In this document: positions 10,037-20,133 of the stretch, one piece after another | How the letters are laid out: each line of letters opens with the position of its first letter | Numbering within the stretch: the stretch's first letter is position 1 | DNA from: Candidatus Anstonellaceae archaeon | GTDB lineage: Archaea > Micrarchaeota > Micrarchaeia > Anstonellales > Anstonellaceae | Assembly (NCBI GenBank): GCA_038891055.1 | Contig: JAWAEU010000005.1 | Span: 19,330-83,329 of the forward strand | DNA: 64,000 nt | Direction of reading: 5' to 3' | Translations under genes and position numbers: made by a program | The notes under the pieces: generated by a model | The model's database searches: none | The model's input: only the letters and a program-made list of their open reading frames with translations | What the model was told of the DNA's origin: nothing

Positions 10037-10053
10037 CTGCTCTTGTAGAGCAG
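10037..10053 (-). promoter_or_regulatory. perfect 7-bp hairpin (CTGCTCT-aca-AGAGCAG on the mRNA strand) just 5' of the L1 Shine-Dalgarno; candidate L1 autoregulatory or translational control element
   Basis: Seen directly on the minus strand upstream of the L1 ATG at 10026: ...CTGCTCTacaAGAGCAGgagggagcATG. Archaeal L1 is known to autoregulate via an mRNA mimic of its rRNA site. Assigning this hairpin to that role is inference. Confidence 0.3.
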
Positions 10054-10189
10054 TAAACAGCGGGAAAATCCGTTTAATTATCTTTTTGTTCGAAATTATT
10101 TATAAAGCTTTCCTTTTTTATTTTTTCTCTTTTTTTGGTGGATTTTTATTAGGAAATAGATTTTTATATTTTGATTTATTGTTTTATTT

Positions 10190-11056
10190 GTGAAAAAAAC
10201 TGTAATTTTTTTATTATTGCCCCTGTTTCTATTTTTTTCAGGATGTGTTTATATTGAAGTTTATCATAAATTCTACCCAAATAGCACTTCTTTAGTTATT
10301 TCTCAAATAAAATATGATAATCTTGTTGAAGTTCTCAAAAAAACTTCTATAAAACCGCAGAATTTTGAGAATTGGGAAGAATTTTTATACTACAGCTGTA
10401 AAAATTTAGGAAATTTAACTAACTTTAGTTACATTTGCAACAAAAAAGAAAATTGGTTGATTGTAGAAAATAAGGAAATAGCTACTAAAAACTATATAAT
10501 GAATTACTATAACGCATTTCCTTTTGAGATATATGAAATAAAAATTTTTAAATTGCCTGACCTTCCTTTTTATGTTTTAAATTCTTCTCTAAATTCTACT
10601 CATTTAAAAATTTTAGTTTTCAATTATTCCTTTTCCACAGAAAATAAATATTTAATGCAACTACAGGCAAGTGGTTTAAAATATAAATATACTATAGATG
10701 TGCCAGGCCAAATTATCGAATATAACCATGGTAAATTAATAGATAATAGAGTCGTAGTAGATCCCTTCGACGTAGCCTTTTCAGAAGAAAAATTCATTTA
10801 TATAAAAAGCAGAGAACTAAATTTAAGGCAAGCCTCCATCCTAATAATAACCTTTTTAGTTTTGTTCTTGTTTTTTGATTTAGTTATCATTTTGGCAATA
10901 AATTCATTTAGAAAAAGAATTTTTAGAGTACTGGAAGAAAAAAAGATTTTAGAGGAAAAGAGAGGAAAAAAAATTTTTGATCATGAGAGTGATCAAAATA
11001 TTAATTCAAACTTAATTTCATTTCCTTCTAGTGGAGAAAAAAAGTTTAAAAAATAA
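10190..11056 (+). CDS. putative lipoprotein / surface protein with C-terminal TM anchor
   Basis: 288 aa. Signal peptide ending in the lipobox-like 'LFFSGC', a hydrophobic segment near the C-terminus, and a charged tail. Confidence 0.5.
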   Translation: MKKTVIFLLLPLFLFFSGCVYIEVYHKFYPNSTSLVISQIKYDNLVEVLKKTSIKPQNFENWEEFLYYSCKNLGNLTNFSYICNKKENWLIVENKEIATKNYIMNYYNAFPFEIYEIKIFKLPDLPFYVLNSSLNSTHLKILVFNYSFSTENKYLMQLQASGLKYKYTIDVPGQIIEYNHGKLIDNRVVVDPFDVAFSEEKFIYIKSRELNLRQASILIITFLVLFLFFDLVIILAINSFRKRIFRVLEEKKILEEKRGKKIFDHESDQNINSNLISFPSSGEKKFKK

Positions 11057-11057
11057 A

Positions 11058-12008
11058 TTATTTTTGGAACTTTAAATCATGGAGGAGTTTACATTTTGCA
11101 CATAAATTTGTAGAGGAGGGCTTGTTGCACTTTTTACATTTCTTTAGTCCTTGTTGTTGTTCTTTTCTTAGGCTTTTTAAATTTTCTAAAAACCTATATA
11201 TTCTAATTTTTGTACCCGGGTAGCTATCTTCCAAAATATTTATTATTTCCCTTACCTTTTGCCTCATCGCCTGATTCGCATATGGGCAATCTTGAAAATG
11301 CATATTGAGATTTTTTAGCATAGCATATGCAGCAACTTCGATTTCAGCCATTTTTGCAAGCGGAAAAATTCTAGGTAAAAATTCACTACTACTCTCTTGT
11401 TTAGTTAATTGAGAATTGGGGGAAATTCTAAGAAGCCTTTTTGGTTCATTTCTAATAATATTTAAGATTATTGTTTGGGCTATATCATCTAGATTATGCC
11501 CAGTTGCTATTTTATTTGCTTTTATTTTTTTAGCAGCTTTTTCTAGCAGATCTCTTCTCAAAACTCCACAATAACTGCATGTGCCAAACTTCTTTGTTAA
11601 TTTTGAAATTTTGTCAATATTTACGCCATACTCTTTTACAAAAGAAAAATAATGTAATTTTACGCCAATCTCTTTGCATTGTTTTTTTGCTTGTTTATAT
11701 GCCTTATCCCTATAGCCCCTAATACCTTCATCCATTAGTATTGCACTTAATTTGAAAGGAAGCCTCTGTTGCAATTTTTTTAATAAATACAAAGTTACTG
11801 TGCTATCTTTTCCTCCAGAAAGACCAACTGCTACATGTTCTCCCTTTTTTATCATCTTGTATTCTCTAATTGTTTGAAATACTTTTTTTTCGAAATATTC
11901 TACAAAATGCTCTTCACAATAAGGTTTAGTTCTATTATCTGCTATTATGATTGCATTATTAGAACATTTTATGCATCCTATTATATTTTTTCTATCCACC
12001 AAAAACAA
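11058..12008 (-). CDS. ncsA: tRNA 2-thiouridine synthetase NcsA/Ncs6/Ctu1 family (PP-loop ATPase with two zinc fingers)
   Basis: 316 aa. PP-loop 'GLSGGKDS', N-terminal CxxC...CxxH, C-terminal 'CKKCNK...CAKCK'. It overlaps a ThiS-like gene immediately upstream. Confidence 0.8.
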   Translation of the reverse strand: MFLVDRKNIIGCIKCSNNAIIIADNRTKPYCEEHFVEYFEKKVFQTIREYKMIKKGEHVAVGLSGGKDSTVTLYLLKKLQQRLPFKLSAILMDEGIRGYRDKAYKQAKKQCKEIGVKLHYFSFVKEYGVNIDKISKLTKKFGTCSYCGVLRRDLLEKAAKKIKANKIATGHNLDDIAQTIILNIIRNEPKRLLRISPNSQLTKQESSSEFLPRIFPLAKMAEIEVAAYAMLKNLNMHFQDCPYANQAMRQKVREIINILEDSYPGTKIRIYRFLENLKSLRKEQQQGLKKCKKCNKPSSTNLCAKCKLLHDLKFQK

Positions 12009-12186
12009 CCCTTATTATCTCTATTTTTCCCTTCTGTGGAATCGGATTTTCTGGAGGAGTTAATTTTCCATCAACTTTTACCAAAGCTATTTGCTTGCTG
12101 ATATTTAAATCTGTTAATAATTCCTCTATTTTTTTATATTTTTTTTGGAGGGTTATTTTTTTTCCATCTAAATAAATTTCTGGCAT
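11992..12186 (-). CDS. ThiS/MoaD-like ubiquitin-fold sulfur carrier (SAMP/Urm1-like) with C-terminal Gly-Gly
   Basis: 64 aa ending '...IIRVVFGG' followed directly by the stop. It overlaps the ncsA start by 17 nt on the same strand (operon). Confidence 0.75.
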   Translation of the reverse strand: MPEIYLDGKKITLQKKYKKIEELLTDLNISKQIALVKVDGKLTPPENPIPQKGKIEIIRVVFGG

Positions 12187-12231
12187 GCTCTCACCAATTA
12201 AATTTAAAAGGATATACTAACTTTTTTATTT

Positions 12232-14442
12232 GTGAACAATAATCTTAATTATTTTATATTAATATTTTTTTTTCTTTTAGTTCAGATTGGCTATCAGACA
12301 GAAGAAGATTTAAAAATAAACCCAGTACATGTAGAGAGCGCCTCTTACATAATAAAATACAATTATACTCTAAAGTCTTCTTATGGCAACTTATCAAAAG
12401 CAACTATAAACATCTCCATTCCTCCTAATTCAAAGGTATTGTTTTCTTCACATAATTATAGTATTTTAAAAGACGATTTTGAAAATAATTTTTTATTACT
12501 CTCCCACGACCCCTCTGCCAATGAAGTTAATTTTTCAGTAGATCTACTAACTACTATCAATGCCTCTCACCTATATTCTTTAAATTATTCTGATTTTTAT
12601 TATGCACCTTCTAATTTGGATAACTACTTACAAAATCTTTCTTTAAATATAACCTCGATTTATTATTCTGACTTTGAAAAAATTGCAGCTTTAGCTATTT
12701 ATGTTCATAATTTAATAGATTATGATATTAATTTTTTTGACAAAAGTTATTCTCCTCAAGAAATTTTAAAAATAAAAAAAGGTGTGTGCACACACTATGC
12801 TCTACTTTTTTCTTCACTTGCGCAATCTTTGGGCTATAAAACCAGGTATGTACATGGCTTTGCTTATTCTTCTAAAGCTGGTGGTTGGATAGGTCATGTA
12901 TGGGTAGAGGTTTATTTGGGGAAATGGGTGGGGGTTGATCCAACTTGGCTTGAAGTAGGTTTTATAGATGCTACCCACATTCCATTTTTTAGATCTTATT
13001 CTCTGGATTTTAAGTTATCTTCTGCAACTGCCTATATAGAAAAAGAAGCTAATTTACAAATCATCTCTCTTTATGAAACCAAAGACTTTTTTGAAAATGC
13101 AAAAAATATACTTCCACTCTCTCTTAATTTAAGTGAAAAAAACTACATAAAAAATGTTATAGTTTCCAACGAGGTTATAAATCCACTCTCTCAATTAGTT
13201 TTAATAGCAAATTTGTCAAATAGTCCTGAATACACAGTTACATCTGTGAAATTGCATAGTTGTACTGATCAGTTTAACAATAGCTTTTTTGAGTTTTTAG
13301 ATGATGAGCAATATTTTATTTTACAACCTTCTAAAGAATTTTATTTTTTTTCTATAGGTAAATTCAATCAAGATTTTCAATTTTACAATAAAGAAAAAGC
13401 CTCTTATTATGTCTTAAAATGTCCAATCATTATAGAAGATAAAATGTTTGAAAAGTCGATAATAAAAGAAATAGAGCTAAATCCAACTGCACGGCCCTTA
13501 AAAAAAGTTGAGGCTCAACTTTTGAGGCTGACAATTGATATCACTCAGAAGCAAAATTTATTTGTAGATTCAAATTCTTCAGAGAAATTTTTTGTAGTTG
13601 GGGAAAACATTTTTCTTTTTAATGACTCTTTATCTCCCAGCTTTGTTTTTTATCCTTCTAAATTTGGAAAAAACAAGGTAGTTGTGTTTTCTAAATCTTC
13701 AGAGCCAGTGGAATTAGTTTTTTATGTTCAAAAAATTGAAAATCTCATTAGTAATATTAGTGTACCAAGGGTAGTAATGGGCTCTACTCCATTTGTTATT
13801 AATATAACCTTTGACAAAAACATTTCAAATTCAAATCTAACTCTTGTGGTCGGACTTGCTAATAATTACCAGTCCTCTAGAGTGAATAATACCTCTGTTT
13901 CTGTGGAGTTGCAAACAGATAAGATCGGAGAGTTTTTTATAATAATTTATCTAAAGGATGAGCAAGGAAGAATTTTATACTCAGACAGTATACCTCTAAA
14001 AGTTATTCAAAAACCATTTATATTTATAAAAGAAATTTCTATTAAAAATAAAAATAACTTTTTTTATACCAATTTTAAATTTGAATATAGTGGCGAATTT
14101 TCTTATTCTCAATTATATTTGGATGAAGAAAAATATATCTTAGACAAAAACAAAACTAATTTAGAAATAATTCTATCCAAAAAACCAAGAGTAGTAAAAT
14201 TGGTTTGGTTTGACCTTTTTAACAATTCTTATGTCATAACTAAGGACATTTCTTCTTTAAATGTAGTCGAGGATTTAGTGGAGGTAAGAGGAGAGGAAAG
14301 AAATATACTATCAAAATCATTTTTTGATTTATTATCCGCATTAGTAGTTTTTAGTTTAGCCATTATTTTATTTATAAAAATTTACAAATATTATAAAATT
14401 AAAAAAGAAAATTCTAATAAAGATGATTATAATCATTTTTAA
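12232..14442 (+). CDS. large secreted transglutaminase-like (papain-fold Cys-His-Asp) protein with C-terminal TM anchor
   Basis: 736 aa. N-terminal signal sequence; transglutaminase-core triad context 'KKGVCTHYALLF' (Cys), 'GHVWVEVYL' (His), 'VGVDPT' (Asp); C-terminal hydrophobic anchor plus basic tail. Confidence 0.7.
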   Translation: MNNNLNYFILIFFFLLVQIGYQTEEDLKINPVHVESASYIIKYNYTLKSSYGNLSKATINISIPPNSKVLFSSHNYSILKDDFENNFLLLSHDPSANEVNFSVDLLTTINASHLYSLNYSDFYYAPSNLDNYLQNLSLNITSIYYSDFEKIAALAIYVHNLIDYDINFFDKSYSPQEILKIKKGVCTHYALLFSSLAQSLGYKTRYVHGFAYSSKAGGWIGHVWVEVYLGKWVGVDPTWLEVGFIDATHIPFFRSYSLDFKLSSATAYIEKEANLQIISLYETKDFFENAKNILPLSLNLSEKNYIKNVIVSNEVINPLSQLVLIANLSNSPEYTVTSVKLHSCTDQFNNSFFEFLDDEQYFILQPSKEFYFFSIGKFNQDFQFYNKEKASYYVLKCPIIIEDKMFEKSIIKEIELNPTARPLKKVEAQLLRLTIDITQKQNLFVDSNSSEKFFVVGENIFLFNDSLSPSFVFYPSKFGKNKVVVFSKSSEPVELVFYVQKIENLISNISVPRVVMGSTPFVINITFDKNISNSNLTLVVGLANNYQSSRVNNTSVSVELQTDKIGEFFIIIYLKDEQGRILYSDSIPLKVIQKPFIFIKEISIKNKNNFFYTNFKFEYSGEFSYSQLYLDEEKYILDKNKTNLEIILSKKPRVVKLVWFDLFNNSYVITKDISSLNVVEDLVEVRGEERNILSKSFFDLLSALVVFSLAIILFIKIYKYYKIKKENSNKDDYNHF

Positions 14443-14454
14443 TTTTGTGAGAGT

Positions 14455-15312
14455 ATGTGCTTGGTAATTTTTTTGGGAAGTGGTGGGGGTAGATTTAATT
14501 TAATAAAACAATTGCGCTCTAGTGGGGGATTTCTAATAAGCACAAAAAATTTTTTAATAAGTGTAGATCCTGGGCCAGGTGCTTTAACACAAATGAACAA
14601 ATTAAAAATAGATCCAACAGCTTTAGATGGAATTATCATCACCCACAATCACATTGACCATTATTTGGAAGCCCCTCTTTTTATAGAGGCAATGACTGAT
14701 TATGCTCGAAGGCAAAAAGGTTTTTTGATAGGTTCTAAGTCTGTAGTAGAAGGAAAAGAAGAAGAGAATAGTAATTATGAGCCAGTAATCTCTTCTTATC
14801 ATTTATCAAAAATCAAAGAAAAAATAGTTCTTCTTCCTTATGAAAAAAAATCAATTGAGTTAAAAGAAAAAAATTTTCATTTTGAAATAGAGGGAGTACC
14901 AACCAAACATGAAGACAAAAGCGGTATTGGCTTTGTAATGAGTGTAAATAATAAAAAAATAGGATATACTTCAGATAGCGAATTTTTCTTGGAGCAAACA
15001 AGATTTTTTAAAAATGTAGATTTGCTAATTGCAAACTGTCTAAAACCAAAAGATGATAAAATTCCAGGCCATCTAGATGCTTCCTCTTTAGTCGAACTAT
15101 TAAATCTAGCAAAGCCAAAAGTTTGTATTATTACTCATCTTGGTATGAAAATAATATTAAATGGTGCTAATAAATTAGCAGCCCAGATAGAAAAAGAAAG
15201 CAGTGTAAAAACATTAGCTGCAGTTGATGGTTATTTTTATGATCTAAAAGATGAAAAATTCGCAAAGTATTCTAAGGTAAAAAGAAAGGAGGCTCAGCAA
15301 AAACTTTTATAG
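14455..15312 (+). CDS. metallo-beta-lactamase fold hydrolase
   Basis: 285 aa with the 'ITHNHIDH' (HxHxDH) zinc-binding motif and downstream His/Asp residues. Confidence 0.65.
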   Translation: MCLVIFLGSGGGRFNLIKQLRSSGGFLISTKNFLISVDPGPGALTQMNKLKIDPTALDGIIITHNHIDHYLEAPLFIEAMTDYARRQKGFLIGSKSVVEGKEEENSNYEPVISSYHLSKIKEKIVLLPYEKKSIELKEKNFHFEIEGVPTKHEDKSGIGFVMSVNNKKIGYTSDSEFFLEQTRFFKNVDLLIANCLKPKDDKIPGHLDASSLVELLNLAKPKVCIITHLGMKIILNGANKLAAQIEKESSVKTLAAVDGYFYDLKDEKFAKYSKVKRKEAQQKLL

Positions 15313-15383
15313 TTGTTGCTTTTTATATTTATTTATAATTCTACAAAATTTTTTAATTTAAATTAAGTCTAACAGGGTAACTT

Positions 15384-17810
15384 ATGAAAGAACTTCCTAA
15401 ATCTATAGATAGTACAATAGAAAAAAAGTGGCAGGAATTTTGGAAAAAAAATCAAGTTTTTAGATTTGTTTTAGATGAAGCTTCAGAGCAAAAAGAAGTA
15501 TTTGTAATTGATTCTCCCCCTCCTTTTACTTCTGGTAATTTACATATGGGACATGTTTTATCTTATTCTTATTTTGATTTTGTAGCAAAATATAAAAAAA
15601 TGAAAGGTTTTAATGTTTTTTTTCCACAAGGTTGGGATTGTCAGGGATTTCCAACTGAGGTGAAAGTGGAAAAAAAATATGGTAAAAGTTCACCAGAACA
15701 ATTTAGAAAACATTGTGTTGATTGGACTGAGCAGTGCATTGCTAATATGAAAAGGCAAATGATTAGCCTCGGCTTTTGTCCAGATTGGAATTATGAATAT
15801 AAAACAATGGATCCAAGTTATCACAGAAAGGTCCAACTTTCAGTGCTGAGGATGTATCAAAAAGGACAAATCTATAGAGCCTCTCATCCTGTTTATTGGT
15901 GTGTAAGTTGTCAGTCTGCTCTCTCAAAAACAGATACTGAAGATATTGTGCGGTCAGCAACTCTCTATACTCTTATTTTTGAGCTGGAGGGGGAAAATAA
16001 TCAAGAGTTACATATAGCTACAACTAGGCCAGAATTGTTACATGCGATAGTGGCAGTGCTTTATAACCCTGCTGATGAGCGGTATAAAAAATTTCTCGGA
16101 AAAAAACTTTTTGTAAAAAGCCCATTTGGAAAATCTGTACCTCTTTTGGCAGATAATGATGTTGATAGAGAATTTGGAACTGGTTTGGTTATGGTTTGTA
16201 CTTTTGGAGACAAACAGGACGTTATTTGGACCTATCGTCATAATTTGCCCCAAGTAGAGGCAATTAGCAAAGATGGAAAATTAATTAATGCTGGGGATTT
16301 TAGCGGCTTGAATATTAGAGAAGCAAAAGAAAAAATTGTAGAATTTTTAGAAAAGAATAAAAAAATAGTGAGCAAACAAACAATTCAGCAGACAATAAAA
16401 ATTCATGATCGTTGCTCCACAGCTGTAGAATTTTTGAATTCTTTTCAGTGGTTTGCTAAAATAACTGACAAGGCAGATAAAATAATTTCTACTGCAAGAC
16501 AAATAAAGTGGTACCCAGAATTTGCAATAGCTCATTTAATAAATTGGGCAAATTATGTGGAATGGGATTGGGTGATTTCAAGGCAAAGAATATTTGGCAC
16601 CCCAATTCCATTTTGGATTTGTAAAAATTGTTCTTTTATTGTTGAGCCAGCAGAAGAAGAACTTCCAGTTTATCCACTTGGAACTACTAGAAAATGCCCT
16701 AAGTGTGGTGGTGAGGCAGAGGGAGAATCCTCGGTTTTTGATTGTTGGGTGGACTCTTCTATTACTCCTCTAATAATTTCAAAATGGGAGGAAGATAGTA
16801 AGTTTTTTTCTAAGACTTATCCTGCATCTTTAAGACCACAGGGAGTAGAAATAATCAGGACTTGGGCTTTTTATACTATTTATAGATGCTTTGAGCTTAC
16901 CTCCAGAGCTCCTTTTAGAGAGATTTTACTAAACGGAAATGTGCTTGCTCCAGATGGAAAGAAAATGTCAAAATCACTTGGAAATATTATAGAACCAGAT
17001 GATTTGTTAAAGCAATATGGAGCTGACGCAATAAGAATTTGGGCAGCACTTTCAGGCGCTATGGCAAAAGATAGGCCATTTTCTTATCAAGACATCACCT
17101 TTGGAAAAAATTTTGTAAACAAAGTGTTAAATGCAGGAAGACTTATACTTAACTTTTACTTTAAATTTAGAGATGTAAATTTTGATCTAAGTTACTATTC
17201 TAATCTCTCTTCTTTTAGTGAAATCGATAAATATTATCTATCAAAATTTTATTATTTGGTGGAAAGAGTAAACAAACATTGGGAAAATTACGAATTCCAT
17301 CACATAATGAAGGAAATTTCAAACTTTTTTTGGCATGAGTTTTGTGACTATTATATCGAATTTGTAAAATATAGATTATATTCTGAGCAAGACAATAGTG
17401 CTAAAGAAGCAGCTATGGTTTTATTTAACATTTATAAAAATACTTTGTTATTGTTGGCCCCATTTATTCCTTTTTGCACAGAAGAAATTTGGAGTTTAAT
17501 TAAAAAAGATCAAAATTCCTCTATTTTTTATGAGAAATATCCCTCTCCACAAGATATAAAATCATTTAAAATTTTTTTGGAGGAAGAGTTAGAAGATTAT
17601 AAAATTTTTGAGCAAATAGTAGATTTAATAAAAAAAGAAAAAACCAAAAAGAATCTAAAACTCAAAGATAAAGTTGAGTGCTTAAAAATATTTTGCCCAG
17701 AGCAAAAAATAAAAATTTTGCAAAATTTCCAAGAAGATATTTTAAAGACCTTTAATATATTATCTATAGTATACAATAACTCTAACGAATTGTCTCTCCA
17801 ATTAGAATAA
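15384..17810 (+). CDS. valS: valine--tRNA ligase
   Basis: 808 aa class-I aaRS. 'PPPFTSGNLHMGH' (HIGH), 'KMSKSLGN' (KMSKS), CP1 editing motif 'IATTRPELLHAIVAVLYNP'. Size and motif pattern fit ValRS better than Ile/LeuRS. Confidence 0.85.
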   Translation: MKELPKSIDSTIEKKWQEFWKKNQVFRFVLDEASEQKEVFVIDSPPPFTSGNLHMGHVLSYSYFDFVAKYKKMKGFNVFFPQGWDCQGFPTEVKVEKKYGKSSPEQFRKHCVDWTEQCIANMKRQMISLGFCPDWNYEYKTMDPSYHRKVQLSVLRMYQKGQIYRASHPVYWCVSCQSALSKTDTEDIVRSATLYTLIFELEGENNQELHIATTRPELLHAIVAVLYNPADERYKKFLGKKLFVKSPFGKSVPLLADNDVDREFGTGLVMVCTFGDKQDVIWTYRHNLPQVEAISKDGKLINAGDFSGLNIREAKEKIVEFLEKNKKIVSKQTIQQTIKIHDRCSTAVEFLNSFQWFAKITDKADKIISTARQIKWYPEFAIAHLINWANYVEWDWVISRQRIFGTPIPFWICKNCSFIVEPAEEELPVYPLGTTRKCPKCGGEAEGESSVFDCWVDSSITPLIISKWEEDSKFFSKTYPASLRPQGVEIIRTWAFYTIYRCFELTSRAPFREILLNGNVLAPDGKKMSKSLGNIIEPDDLLKQYGADAIRIWAALSGAMAKDRPFSYQDITFGKNFVNKVLNAGRLILNFYFKFRDVNFDLSYYSNLSSFSEIDKYYLSKFYYLVERVNKHWENYEFHHIMKEISNFFWHEFCDYYIEFVKYRLYSEQDNSAKEAAMVLFNIYKNTLLLLAPFIPFCTEEIWSLIKKDQNSSIFYEKYPSPQDIKSFKIFLEEELEDYKIFEQIVDLIKKEKTKKNLKLKDKVECLKIFCPEQKIKILQNFQEDILKTFNILSIVYNNSNELSLQLE

Positions 17811-17824
17811 CAAGAACAAAAAAT

Positions 17825-18403
17825 GTGAACAAAATTGTGGTGGGAATGGAGTTATTATTTTTAACTTCAAATAAAAATAAGGTTAGAGAAGCCAAAAAGA
17901 TTTTAAATAAGTTTGGTATAAATTTTATAAGCAAGAACTCCAAAGGACTGGAGATTCAATCAGATTCTTTGGAGGAAGTTGCAAAAAGATGTGCCCTGGA
18001 AGGTTTTAAAAAATTTTCCAAGCCCGTATTTGTAGAAGATTCCGGGCTTTTTGTGGATAGTTTAAAAGGCTTTCCTGGGGTATATTCCTCATATGTGCTA
18101 AAAACAGTAGGTTGCAAAGGAATCTTAAACCTACTGGGCCAACAGCGTCGGAGAAGTGCCAAGTTTGTTTGTGTAGTTGCATTTGCAGCTAAAAATATTA
18201 TAAAAACCTTTAGGGGTGAAGTAAGAGGCACTATCTCCTACTCTATAGCAAAAGGAGGAGGCTTTGGCTATGACCCTATTTTTGTTCCATTGGGCTATAG
18301 CCAGCCATTTTCTAAAATCATAGATAAAAAATATGAAATTTCGCATCGTGCTAAAGCATTTGAAAAATTTGCCGCATATTTATTAAAAAGAGGTGTTGTT
18401 TAA
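17825..18403 (+). CDS. non-canonical purine NTP pyrophosphatase (Ham1/RdgB/ITPase)
   Basis: 192 aa with 'LTSNKNK' near the N-terminus and 'GGGFGYDPIFVP' near the C-terminus. Confidence 0.85.
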   Translation: MNKIVVGMELLFLTSNKNKVREAKKILNKFGINFISKNSKGLEIQSDSLEEVAKRCALEGFKKFSKPVFVEDSGLFVDSLKGFPGVYSSYVLKTVGCKGILNLLGQQRRRSAKFVCVVAFAAKNIIKTFRGEVRGTISYSIAKGGGFGYDPIFVPLGYSQPFSKIIDKKYEISHRAKAFEKFAAYLLKRGVV

Positions 18404-18859
18404 ATGGCTAAATTGCATTCAAAAAAGAAAGGAAAGGCAGGCTCAAAAAAGCCAATTTTGCATGTAGTTCCATCTTGGTTGGACTATAGCCCAGAAGAAG
18501 TAACTGATATTATAGTAAAATTGGGAAGGCAGGGCTATAGTGCTACTGATATTGGAAGAATTTTAAGAGATCAGTATGGAATTGGCCAGGTAAGATTAAT
18601 ATGCAAAAAAAAGATTTCTCAGATTTTAGCAGAAAACAATATTAAAGTTGATTATCCAGATGATCTGCTTGCTTTAATTAAAAAAGCAGTAAGAATGTTA
18701 AAGCATATTGAAAAAAATAAATCAGATAAATCTAATATTATTAAACTCTCACACGTGGAATCAAAAATAAAAAGACTTGTAAAATATTATATTAAAATCG
18801 GCAAACTTCCTCATAATTGGAAGTATTCTAGAGAAAGAGCTGTGTTAATTGTGAAGTGA
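18404..18859 (+). CDS. rps15: 30S ribosomal protein S15 (S13e)
   Basis: 151 aa. 'PSWLDYSPEEV...KLGRQGYSATDIGRILRDQYGI' is characteristic of archaeal S15. Confidence 0.9.
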   Translation: MAKLHSKKKGKAGSKKPILHVVPSWLDYSPEEVTDIIVKLGRQGYSATDIGRILRDQYGIGQVRLICKKKISQILAENNIKVDYPDDLLALIKKAVRMLKHIEKNKSDKSNIIKLSHVESKIKRLVKYYIKIGKLPHNWKYSRERAVLIVK

Positions 18860-19458
18860 TGAATATGGCAAAGGCTGCTAAATCTAAGAGTACTAAAAGC
18901 AATTGGAAGGAAAAAGTTTGGTACACTCTAAAAGCACCAGAAATTTTTGAATCTAGGGAAATCGGTCAGTTGGTTTCTTCAGATCCAGAAAATCTAAAAA
19001 ACAGAGTGGTAAAAGTCAGTCTTTCTTCCCTCTCTTCTGCTTCTGTGCCAACAGCATTATTTGTAAATATAAAACTAAGAGTTACAGATGTTTTGGGCAA
19101 TGCAGCAAATACAAAATTTATAGGTCATGAATTTTTATCTTCCTATATAAAGTCTTTAATCAAAAGAAGAAGGTCTCTAATCCAAAATGTCGTGGATGTC
19201 ACAACTTCTGATAATAAAAAAATCAGGCTAAAGACGATTTGTATTACTCAATTTAAAGTTTCTGAGAGAAAAAAGAAAGACATTAGAAAACTAATAGCAA
19301 ACAAATTAGAAGAGGCTGCTTCCTCCTCAACTTTTGATATCTTTTGTCAGGAGATGTTATTTGGTAAATTGGCAGTAAAGGTATTTAATGCAGCAAAAAA
19401 AATCGCACCTCTAAAAAGATTTGAAATAAAAAAATCAGAATTATTTGAAGTTTTTTAA
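18856..19458 (+). CDS. rps3ae: 30S ribosomal protein S3Ae (S1e)
   Basis: 200 aa. N-terminal 'KSNWKEKVWYTLKAPEIF' fits the S3Ae family. It overlaps the S15 stop. Confidence 0.9.
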   Translation: MMNMAKAAKSKSTKSNWKEKVWYTLKAPEIFESREIGQLVSSDPENLKNRVVKVSLSSLSSASVPTALFVNIKLRVTDVLGNAANTKFIGHEFLSSYIKSLIKRRRSLIQNVVDVTTSDNKKIRLKTICITQFKVSERKKKDIRKLIANKLEEAASSSTFDIFCQEMLFGKLAVKVFNAAKKIAPLKRFEIKKSELFEVF

Positions 19459-19491
19459 GTTTTTTGCCCTATATTATTAATGTTTTATTCT

Positions 19492-19564
19492 GCCCAGGTG
19501 GTGTAGTGGTCTAGCATTCCGGCCTGTCACGCCGGCGACCGGGGTTCGAATCCCCGTCTGGGCG
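19492..19564 (+). tRNA. tRNA-Asp (anticodon GTC)
   Basis: 73-nt cloverleaf folded by hand: acceptor GCCCAGG/TCTGGGC, anticodon stem CCGGC/GCCGG with loop CTGTCAC, T-arm CGGGG-TTCGAAT-CCCCG, discriminator G. A TATA-like 'TATATTATTAA' lies about 20 nt upstream. Confidence 0.85.
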
Positions 19565-19659
19565 TTTATCCTTATTCTCTAAATTTTATTTTATCAAAGT
19601 TTTATGTGTTTAACATAAAGTTTTATATATTTAACTTTCTTATCTAATATGGTGATACT

Positions 19660-20121
19660 ATGAGAAAATCACAAGTTGTTTTGTCAGAAGGTATGGCAGC
19701 ACCTCTGTTCAAGTTATATGACTCTTCAAATAATCTGTTTGATTTGAGTGATTATAAAGATAAACTTTTAGTAGTCTATTTCTATCCAAAAGATGACACT
19801 CCTGGTTGTACTGCTCAGGCATGTGGATTTTCATCTCTTTTGGAAGAATTTAAAAAGTTGGGAGTAGAAATATATGGAATTTCTTCCGATGATTCTCTCT
19901 CTCACAAAAAATTTATAGAAAAATATAATATTTTATTTCCTCTTCTTATTGACAAAGATTGGAAAGTAGCAAAACTATATGGGGCATATAAAAATGGAAA
20001 GTTAAATAGATCCACTTTTGTAATAAAAAATTTGATAATTCAAAAAGTATTTTATAATGCAGATCCAAAGAATAACCCCAAAGAAGTATTGGACTCTTTA
20101 AAATCCTTAGTTAAAAATTAA
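19660..20121 (+). CDS. bcp: thiol peroxidase Bcp (peroxiredoxin, 1-Cys/atypical 2-Cys)
   Basis: 153 aa with 'YFYPKDDTPGCTAQACGF', the peroxiredoxin Bcp motif. Confidence 0.85.
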   Translation: MRKSQVVLSEGMAAPLFKLYDSSNNLFDLSDYKDKLLVVYFYPKDDTPGCTAQACGFSSLLEEFKKLGVEIYGISSDDSLSHKKFIEKYNILFPLLIDKDWKVAKLYGAYKNGKLNRSTFVIKNLIIQKVFYNADPKNNPKEVLDSLKSLVKN

Positions 20122-20133
20122 AGAATTTAAAAA

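Noticed and set aside
9566-10048. 160-aa plus-strand ORF
   Set aside because: Antisense to ribosomal protein L1, with no motif. Shadow ORF.
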